Below, piece by piece: positions 26,020-35,928 of a DNA stretch of 64,000 nt (positions are counted from its first letter, which is position 1; each line of letters begins with the position of its first letter). The stretch is taken from the NCBI GenBank assembly GCA_964016885.1, contig OZ024742.1, positions 63,736,001-63,800,000 on the forward strand, read 5' to 3'. The translations under genes were made by a program, and so were the position numbers. A model generated the notes under the pieces. The model had not been told where the DNA came from. It saw only the letters and a list, made by a program, of their open reading frames with translations, and did no database searches. This stretch comes from Eledone cirrhosa. Taxonomy: Eukaryota.

Positions 26020-26232
26020 CAGAAACATATATACATTTCTCTGTGTGTGTAATATATATATACACACACAGAAATATATATATATACACACAGAAATATA
26101 TATATTTTTCTGTGTGTGTAATATATATATACACACAGAAATATATATACATTTCTGTGTGTGTAATATATATATATATATACACACACACAGAAATATA
26201 TATACATTTCTGTGTGTGTAATATATATATAT
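26020..26232. repeat. Tandem quasi-palindromic minisatellite of about 45-50 bp
   Basis: acacacagaaatatatatacatttctgtgtgtgtaatatatatat, about 4 copies. Confidence 0.85.
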
Positions 26233-26270
26233 ACTAGCAGAAAACCACCCGGTGGGCGGTTTTCTGCTAG

Positions 26271-26908
26271 TCACTATATCTAAAACAGAGAATGTCTGTC
26301 TGTCTGTCTGTCTGACTCCTTAAAACTCGAGAACCACCCAACCGATTGTTTTCAAACTTTACACATGTAATACTTATGGCCGTGTGAGTGTTTTGAGCAA
26401 AAGATATTTCAAATTTTCAATGCCCTCGGGACAGCATTAGGCGATTTAGCGATCTTTCTCTATAATTCTTGGTCTTTCTTTTTAGATAGATACATAGATA
26501 TAACGTTGCGCCCTTATAATATCTGTCTGTATGTCTAGCTGTCTGCATTACGACATTATGACGCTATATGTGTGTGTGTATATATATATGTATATATAGT
26601 GTGTGTGTATATATATATATAGTGTGTAATGTTTTTCGAAATATTTACTTCTGCGTTCTCAGATTGATTTTTTTAGTTTCAGAAGATCCCGTTAAGTGTG
26701 AAAGCAGTGATTCTTTACTTAAACTTTAATCTGTTATTTTAATATATATATATATATAATTATATATTCGTGTACAGATATCTTTGCATACACAATAACA
26801 AAATATAAACAAACGTATTTATTTCACGAGGCTCGGTAAGGATAAATATATATCAAATATATAAGAACCCTAGAGCAAATCCCGAGCAACGCCGGGCCAT
26901 TCTGCTAG
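26271..26908 (+). mobile_element. Non-autonomous Helitron
   Basis: 5' TCACTATATCTAAAAC followed by (GTCT)n; 3' hairpin CCCGAGCAACGCCGGG then CTAG|T; a similar 5' end is at about 25738. Confidence 0.75.
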
Positions 26909-27499
26909 TTAATATTAAAATTCTGTCAGTTTGGTTCTGTGACTAGAATGTCATATTTTGACAAGTTGATATTTGAAATTGTAATAACTCAGATTTCCTT
27001 AAATATTGATACAAAGCAACAGCAGCAACAATAACACACACAACAGCAATAATAGCAACAACATCAGCACCAACAACAACAATAGCAGCAACAGCAGAAG
27101 TAGCAACATCAACAACAACAACAACATCAGAAAGAAAACGGAGATATTTGAAATTTACATAGAAAAAAAAACAATTATGTTTTTATTTTTAGTCGTTGGA
27201 AATGGTTAAGACCATTCACTGGCAATGTTGTCTTGTTCTTCATATATTCTGTATATACTTACCTGATGCAACACCAGTATAAAAAGAGGCGGCGGAAACG
27301 ATAGAGCGATGGAGATAAGTCCATTGATGTTCTGAGTTCAAATTCTGATAATGTCGAATTTATCTTTTCCTACACAAAAAAGTGACAGTCAAGTACTGGA
27401 TCGATAAACGAATTCTGTCCTACATCAATCATTGTCAATATTATAATAGTTTCGCAATTTTTTTTTTTTTTTGCAAAAGACTCTGAAGTAGGACAAACT

Positions 27500-27990
27500 C
27501 GATTAAATCGACCCCAGTATTTTACTAGTACTTTATTTATCGACTCTGGAAAGGCAAAGTGGACTGCGGCGCAATTTGAATTCAGAACGTAAAATCTAGA
27601 ACAAATGCCGCAAAGTATTTGTCCGACGCTCTATCGTGCTGCCATTCACCACCTTTATATAATAATTAAGTGGACACAGCATGGCCGAATAGTCAGGGAG
27701 TTTGTTTTGCAATCGTTTAGTGCCGAGTTCGATCCTACTGAGTGGCATGTTGGGCAACCTATATCTTAAAGTGAAATTGGGTTTACGGAAACTGTATGGA
27801 AACTTGCCAGATCGACTGCACATGTAATTTAAAGAGCCAGCTTTGGCATACAATGTGTCACGCTGAATCTTCGTGAGAATTACGCTAAGGGTATATGTGT
27901 CTGCAGAATGCTCGCCTACATACACGTTAACTTCATAAGCAGGCTGTTTCGTAGGTTTAACAACTGGAACTCTCATCGTCAAAAGCGACG
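27500..27990. mobile_element. Two adjacent diverged SINEs in opposite orientation
   Basis: Minus core and B-box at 27505-27640; plus head with GAGTTCGATCC at 27725 and tail to about 27985. Confidence 0.6.
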
Positions 27991-28117
27991 AAGGTTCATA
28001 ATCAATATGATAACAATTATTGTTTATAATAAGCAAACATATGGTGGATGGCAGAATTGGTAGAGCGCTAGACAATGTTTTCTGGTGATACTTATTTAGA
28101 TTCTCCACGTATTCCTC

Positions 28118-29182
28118 ACCGAACAACCGGTGTGGGCCCCGATCGTGAGGCGAGCCTTCCCGCGACTCGTCTCGCTAACCGAGCTGCAGTCCTGGGTCAA
28201 GAAAAGACCGAGGAAAATGAGCGACTGGCACATTAAGTGTGCTCAGGCGCTCATAGTCCTCTGCCAAACGGACCCGGCGATCAGTGGAGACTCCACCTCG
28301 TCATTCTATAAAGGGTTAGTCCGCAGCAAGTGCGACGACACTCTCGGAGAAACTCTAGGCGTAGAGGAAGATGAACTGGCCAGTCTGTTTGGTAGAACAT
28401 TCCGCCCGGGACCGATGGACAACTTCCAAAAGTCCCTGGACTAGCAGTGCTACCGTGGAGCTCTACCCGTTCGAGACAAGCTCTACAGACACGGGCGCCT
28501 GGGCAGGGATACCTCGAAAAAGATCTGTCCGAGATGCGTGCGGGACCAGGAAACCGTCGCGCACGCATTCGTACACTGCTCGGGCGTTACCGACCTGTGG
28601 AGCTACGCAGAATGACTACTGTCGCGGGTGGGACAAATCCGGTTGACCACCGAGTCCATTATTGCGATCAAACCGCCACCTTCCTTCAAAAACGAAGGAG
28701 AGGCGGTTTTCCTCTGTGTAATGGCTATGGTGAAAGAGGCTATATGGTGGACGAGACTGAAAGGGCTGAGGTCAGACACCTTTCTCTCCGGCGAACAACT
28801 GGTTCGCTTCTTCAAATATCATTTTAGAAGAAGAATCAGAGTGGAGAGAGAGGTGCTGCACCCCAGCAAATTTTACGAAAGGTGGGTGAATGTGGCAAGG
28901 ATGGCCCGAGTGGTTGGGCCTTCTCTTTATATAAACCTGTAGGTTGAGGAAAAAGAGGAAGAGAGGAAAGGAGCGCTCACTCTTCGTGCTCCTGGAGATG
29001 AGGGTTGTACATTTTTTCGGGGTGTGTACAACCCATGTGTAACGCCTCACCCATATTGGAGATTTCAGTTGTTAATTGTTATTTGTTATTTTTATTAATT
29101 TAATTTTTTTACACGCATGTATGTACACTCCCCACTCTGTATTTGTCCCCATCTTTTTGCGCCCTTGTGGAAAATAAAGAAA
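28118..29182 (+). mobile_element. 5'-truncated Tx1-like LINE (ORF2 C-terminus plus 3' UTR)
   Basis: LQSWVKKRPR, MDNFQKS, CYRGALPVRDKLYRHG, CPRC..ET..H...C, KEAIWWTRLKGL; same family as 48240-52315. Confidence 0.9.
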
Positions 29183-29194
29183 CATATCTATCGT

Positions 29195-29461
29195 ATCACT
29201 TTAGAAGAAGAATCAGAGTGGAGAGAGAGGAACTTCACTATAGTAAATTTACTGAAAGGTGGGTGAATGAAGCGAAAATGGCCCGAGTGATTGGGCCTTC
29301 TCTGTTTATAAGCCTGTAGGTTAAAGAAGAGTGCAAAAGGAAGAAGGGAGCACTTGCACAACACGGTCCTGAAGTTCAGGGTTGTTCCATCGACGGGGTA
29401 TTAAACAACCCATTTGTGGCGTCTCCCCCCCCCCCCTATTGGGGATTTCGATTGTTATAAT

Positions 29462-29528
<67 letters not shown>

Positions 29529-29608
29529 TTTACACGACTGTATGTAAAATCCCCGGCATGTGTCTTTGTATTGTCCCCTTTTCTTGTGCGCCCTTGTGGC
29601 AAATAAAG

Positions 29609-29680
<72 letters not shown>

Positions 29681-29862
29681 CTATATATATACGGGGTATT
29701 AAACAACCCATTTGTAGCGCCTCCCCCTATTGGGGATTTCGATTGTTGTAATTGTTTGTTTTTATATTGTATTGTTTTTATATTGTATTGTTTTTATATT
29801 GTATTGTTTTTATATTGTATTGTCCCCTTTTCTTGTTGCGCCCTTGTGGCTAATAAAGAAAT
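29195..29862 (+). repeat. Two further tandem copies of the Tx1 3' end
   Basis: tttagaagaagaatcagagtggagagagagg is repeated at 29200; the tail ttgtcccc...gcccttgtgg.aataaagaaa ends at about 29182, 29612 and 29862. Confidence 0.85.
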
Positions 29863-29865
29863 CTA

Positions 29866-29942
<77 letters not shown>

Positions 29943-29965
29943 GTCTGTCTGTCTATCATGTATAT

Positions 29966-30372
29966 ATACGAAATTCCAATATATATCTGTATACAGCTAT
30001 GCTCGAAGCTAAATCCTAATTCTATACTATTATAAGTTGAGCCCACTTATACAGCTTCATATGCAAATGAGATTAATCAGCTCATTTACACAGACGGGAA
30101 AATTATATATTCTCGCCTGTTTTCAAGTCCAGCAGTTGCAAGAGTGGGAGGGATCGTCCTGATGAGGACCATTTCAGTTCGAAATGCATCGACGATTGTC
30201 CCCCTTGCTTCTGCTGGACACTGCCAGGTGGCGATAGCCACCGGGTTTTTTGCATAGATACGGCTGTCTAAATGTCTATTTATAAACATACCGTATTTCT
30301 TTCGAAATACTAAATTCCAATACATATCTGTATACAGCTATGCTCTAAGCTAAATCCTAATTCTATTCTATT
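29966..30372 (+). mobile_element. 341-bp terminally redundant non-coding element containing a hammerhead (retrozyme-like or Penelope pLTR)
   Basis: 66-bp direct repeats at 29966-30031 and 30307-30372; hammerhead inside; flanked by microsatellites. Confidence 0.75.
30153..30196 (+). ncRNA. Minimal type I hammerhead ribozyme
   Basis: ATCGTC-CTGATGA-GGAC/catttca/GTTC-GAA-ATGCAT-C-GACGAT: 6-bp stem I, 4-bp stem II, palindromic stem III, AUC cleavage after 30190. Confidence 0.85.
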
Positions 30373-30808
30373 CCCTCTCTCCCCTCCTCTCTCTCTTCTC
30401 TCACTCTCTCTCTCTCTCTATATATATATAGTAATAATAAATGTGTATATATATGTATTGATTTCCTTTGTTCACACTTTGAATTTGCCCGCAAAAAAAC
30501 CGGGGGTTACTTCCCTTGTTGGAAATAACACGTGACAGTGAAACACTGAGGGCTGCTAACGGTAGCAGTTCGGCGTTACATTCCACACCGGCTTGAGGCA
30601 TAGAATGAAATTTCCTGTTGATGACGTGAATCGATCATGGAATACCACAGGCTTACATATTACGTAAGTTGGATAGATAATATTGGATTCATAGAAACCT
30701 ATCGGGCGTATTGCAAAATATCGTTCGATATGTCCAGGTGAGTTGTTTAACCTGATTAGTTTTTTCGTTGTTTTTGGTATTGTGTGGCTAGGTCTGCCTG
30801 CCGCAATT

Positions 30809-30870
30809 TTCAATTTGTCAAGCTGTCTAAACGTATGTTATTACTCTGAGGCCTACTACCTTATTGAGAG

Positions 30871-30916
<46 letters not shown>

Positions 30917-31044
30917 AGTGGAAGCTTAGTAAAATCGAAGCTTTGGTTGTGGCCAAGCTAACGACCTACAATTAGGAATGAGCAGCAAAGCACTCAATAA
31001 GGTAGTAGGCCTTAGAGTAATAACATACGTTTAGACAGCTTGAC

Positions 31045-31052
<8 letters not shown>
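30809..31052. repeat. 65-bp inverted repeat around a (TA)n-containing spacer (MITE or foldback-like)
   Basis: ttcaatttgtcaagctgtctaaacg...ttattgagagctt versus aagcactcaataa...gacaaattgaa, about 2 mismatches. Confidence 0.85.
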
Positions 31053-31088
<36 letters not shown>

Positions 31089-31090
31089 CA

Positions 31091-31124
<34 letters not shown>

Positions 31125-31125
31125 C

Positions 31126-31197
<72 letters not shown>

Positions 31198-31477
31198 GTG
31201 CATTGGATGTCGAATGCTCTACTAACTATATAATATAGATGCAGCGAGATCTAGGCAAATTGATGTCTATTGAAACGTACGTTAGAACCGAATAAATCTC
31301 TTTTACTGCATCTTTCTGTTCTTTTTAATTCTTTATACACGCCCCGGAATATAGCTAAACTGGAATATACACCTATTTTCTGCATTTCGTTGAGCACCAC
31401 TCTGTTGTAAGCTGACCTTCCCCTACACGGTACATAACACTGTGTCCTGGAAAACATTAATGCACTCGTGTATAACC

Positions 31478-31514
<37 letters not shown>

Positions 31515-31788
31515 ATTAGTTTCACGCTTGTATTATGTGGAAAAGAAATGTCTTTAACGTATCGCACGCTAGTTGTTCACCAGCAAAGAAACGAGAGTGA
31601 CGTTATGAGAAGAGTTTACGAGAAAAAGGATAAAAGGAAAAGAAAAACAGTAAAGGAAGAGGGAAGGTCAGGGAAGATGGATGTAGTGAAAGAGCATTTA
31701 AAAAATTTCAGTACTTTGTAGATAATCCAACGACATTCTACAGACTGTTTCTCATTCCCGTATACAGTCTCTCTCTCTATCTCCCCCC

Positions 31789-31832
<44 letters not shown>

Positions 31833-32409
31833 CTATCTATCTCCCCCCCCCCCTCTCTCTCTCCTCGTTCTCTAGCTTCGTATAGTTATGTTGAAATTAT
31901 TTGAAACTTTGAAAATTTAAATAGATAACACTATTAAAAAAAAACTCACTTTTTAAATGAGATTCAACGACAGCAACGTAACTGTTTTATAGTTGTCCTT
32001 GTTTTTATATTTTTCGTTTTTGCCTCTTTTGCCTCTTTTTATTTTCTCTGTCTCTGTCTTTTGATTTTGTTTCTTAATTTTAAGAGGTATTAGATACTTT
32101 TGCCAGTTTGCTTTGACTCACCAGCTATACATTGGGCGTTTAAATAAATAAATAGATAAGTCAGTGTCAGAAATTATTCAGACACATCACTCAGATACTC
32201 AAAACTACAAGTATAATTTCATGATCATGGCTTCACCTTTATCTCCAACTTAAAAAGATACTTAGGATCTCCGTTGCAGGCTTAAATTTAGGCCAATCAA
32301 ATATGTAAGCATGTCACACATATATGCCACCATAGCTAGCCATGGAAAGTTATTGATCCGCTTGCTTTCATGGAATGATCTATTATGAAGAAATAATATT
32401 TCATCACTC

Positions 32410-32620
32410 AACGTATCGGTGACTCTCCGACAGGTTTGCAGCTGAGTCCCTAGCAGTGGAGACTTCTGGTGTCCTTGGCCCGAGGGCTACCTCTCTCCTC
32501 ACCACCATAGGCGCTGAGCTGGCTAGCCGCAGATGTGAGCCTCGCGAGATGGAATGGCCCTTCCAGCGCATCTCCCTCACCATCCTCCGGGGATACGCCT
32601 TCTCTATTCTGTTCTGTCCG
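32410..32620 (+). pseudogene. CRE-like non-LTR retrotransposon C-terminal RLE fragment
   Basis: LAVETSGVLGPRATSLLTTIG...FQRISLTILRGYAFSI resembles the CRE-type xVETxGxxG...QRxSxxxxRGNA terminus. Confidence 0.7.
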
Positions 32621-32744
32621 CTGGGGCCGTGGGGCGGCAAGCATGTAAGACCCCATTTGCTAATAATAGTTAGAAATTGGGAGGGCGAGAGAGATGGAGA
32701 CGATGACAATGGGAGTTCGGCTCCTCTGTATTCGGACCTGGTAT

Positions 32745-32886
<142 letters not shown>

Positions 32887-33379
32887 ACTTCTATTTATTC
32901 GATACGACAGTATTTCTTTGATTCCTCCCAAATTTATTTTGGCAGTAGATACAGTTCAGTTGAAATGTGGGAGAGCGATTATGAAAGGTTGAAATGGTGA
33001 AAGAGTGAGGTGAAAATATAAGGTAAGTACAAACAAGGTGAGAGGAAGAAGGAATTGGTAGAGAGAATTGACATCAGTAAAGAGAGGTCAAGAATGTAAA
33101 AAATTGATACTAAACATCCTACAACCTGGTGCAGTCATAGTCCTCTTTTGTATTTTTCAAGAATATGTTGCTAATGCAGTTTCATGTGGTATAGAATGTT
33201 AAAAGTCAAATAAGAATCCAATTGTGTACAAATTTTCACTTTACTTTCAAAGGTAAATACTTTCACTTTTTCATTTTGGAAATCCCCCATGTTTTATTTA
33301 TGTATTTTTTACAGTGTATGTACAAAACTAATCACACAATAATTGAGCTTTATCATTTTTTGGACAGCCAACACACTTG

Positions 33380-34546
33380 AGACTGTAAGAGTAGTTGGCT
33401 CCTGCCACTAGTCATCTCATGATAAAAACACGAAAAATATGTGAATTTAAAGGATAGGCATTTTCAAAATTAATTGATTCAACTGATTCATCCGGCATCG
33501 CCTTTAATTTTCTTGTATTTCTTAATGCCAATAATTCTCTATGTTCGCAAAAATGAATCATTTTAACATTTGGTATCTACTTTCCTAATATGATAGGAGT
33601 TTCATCAATTCTGATTCCTATATATTTCGACCACTCAATTATAAAACCCATTCAGATTTCTAAAAATAGAATCACCGGTAATATGTGTTGGCAAAGGTTG
33701 GCAAAATAGAAAATCTTCACTAATTGTATGAATGTAAACAGATCAGCATTGTTCGAAACATCCGTAATTTTATCTAATTATAAAGAATAATACTAACTTT
33801 GAAGCATTCTTTTCCCTAGCTGATGTTTAACATAATCAGATATATCTTTTATTCACTGCTTCACAGCGGTGTTTGGTAATCAAATCATATCATAATTCTT
33901 TGCTACCCTGTTTCTATGCATCATAGAGACAATTGCTTTGGCAGCAGGCAGAATTATTTCTTCTGCCATTGTGTATAGTTTTTCATTCTTTGCAATCAAA
34001 AGAAACACATCATAGGAAGCAAACGCAGCAATTATTATTATCACAGCCAGTTGTTATCTTTTCTATTGAATTTCGTCTTGAAAGCCGTTCTTGGTGTTTT
34101 TGTTGATGTATTCTTTATGTTTTTCTTCTAAATGCCGGCAAAATTTGGCTGGCTTCACAAATTGGATAATGTTTCATTACCGATAACGCACTGTAGCTTC
34201 TGTTCACCTTCACGGCCTCTGCATATAAATCTAAAAGATATGTATTCACCACAATATTTACAGATTTCGCATTTTGACTGATAAATCATTGATTATTCAT
34301 TTAAAGAACTTGCTCCTTCACCTGTGTTATTTATTCGTTTCAATGAGTTTCCAGATTTTAACTACCGATCTTCAATTATATATAACACGAATTTTTGTTG
34401 CTGATATAGTTAATACAGACACATAGTAATTGCATTTAATGTTTGGATAGCAATGTATTTTTGGAACGTTTCTACCGCTGAGACTGAACTTGTTGAAGGG
34501 CGATCTGGTACTGGATATCTACAAAGGGCCGTACTATGATCACCTG
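33380..34546 (-). pseudogene. Decayed hAT (Buster/Charlie-like) transposase with left end
   Basis: Minus translation: KPAKFCRHLEEKH, ASYDVSFLIAK..YTMAEEIILPAAK, EDFLFCQPL; terminal CAGGTGATCATAGTACGGCCC. Confidence 0.8.
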
Positions 34547-34803
34547 ATATATCATTTTGATGCACAAATACATAAAACAATTTGAGAAAATAGGTTTAAT
34601 AAATTATATTCAGAAAATGTTTATTTCTTTTACTTTTATAAAGTTATAAATGCATGGATATTATACGTTATCTTACCAGTGGTGTGCTCTGCCTGTTCAT
34701 ATCTTTCCCGCAGGAGCCGATGTGCAACAGCTTAAACTGAACATCAACTGCATCAATATCACCGATCTCATGGAGTCGTCACTGACCTCTCTCTCTCTTT
34801 CTT

Positions 34804-34899
<96 letters not shown>

Positions 34900-34959
34900 T
34901 GAGTGTCTGTGTGTGTGTATGTATGTGTGTGTTAGTAAATATGAAGACACGGTTCTACA

Positions 34960-35868
34960 TTTCCATATACGAACAAGTAGACGATACACAATAAATTAAA
35001 ACTCAAGCATAGCCCTAATGCATATCTGACTGAACAAGATCGCTAACCTCAACAAAATAAAAGATACAGATTTTTGCTCCCTGGAGAATAAAAATACTTA
35101 CAGAAGAATATTGTATATGAGTGCAGAATTACTACTAGTAACAGATTATATGTATACATAAGGGCGCTCGCGACAAGCTTCAAGAAAGGTGGTGTAATCA
35201 TCGCCATTTGTTTAATAAGATAGGCAAGCTTAAGAACACGGCCTTATCTAATCTAATATGGCAACTTAAACTAAAAAATATAGAGCACTCCTTGTTGTCG
35301 ATATCAAAAGATCACAACCGCACGGAGTTGACTCTTATAGTAATAGATATGATTTATGTATGACAGAAGCCATTGAAATAATGAGGAGTAGGCTCCAGAT
35401 AATAAAAAGGAGAATGGATTTCTTTAGTTCAAGTACACACAAATTATCGAAAACCTCTATAGATAGTATCTACCGCCAGACCCAACTCTAATCGCATAAC
35501 CCTTAAGCACACCAAGACCGAAATTCCTGCAGTTACAGTGCAGAGATATGGGTAACCAAGATAGCTAAATAACATACTACATTTCTGTAAAATGAAAAAC
35601 TAATTCCAAGAAAAACTAATCAATGAAAAACTAATCCAAAAACAATCGCTAATGACTTATTTTGTTCCCGACCTTCATAGTGCCTCAAAACATGGTGTGT
35701 GAGATTCATCTAATCATCTGCTTATTCATGCAACTATTCATTTTATATGTACTCTTACAATTTACAATTTCTCAGTTCTAATCTCTAATTTCTATTTTTT
35801 ACTTTTATTTACACTTTATACTCCATTAGTGGTGTGCGTCTCCATATTTACACGTGGGTGTTAACGTC

Positions 35869-35870
<2 letters not shown>
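34960..35870 (+). mobile_element. Penelope-like element 3' remnant with GIY-YIG endonuclease (Naiad-like motifs)
   Basis: C.LENK..NIVYECRI..YI..TSFK.(R)WCNH...NTALSNLIWQLK...DLCMTE, frameshifted. Confidence 0.65.

Positions 35871-35928
<58 letters not shown>

Noticed and set aside
25197-26274. YI-, CV- and HT-repeat ORFs here and elsewhere
   Set aside because: They are translations of (TA)n and (CA)n microsatellites.
34673-34790. Possible small exon (minus-strand GTAAG donor or plus-strand CCCGCAG acceptor; signal-peptide-like MRSVILMQLMF)
   Set aside because: The ATG frame stops after 24 codons, there is no matching partner splice site, and I recognise no homology.
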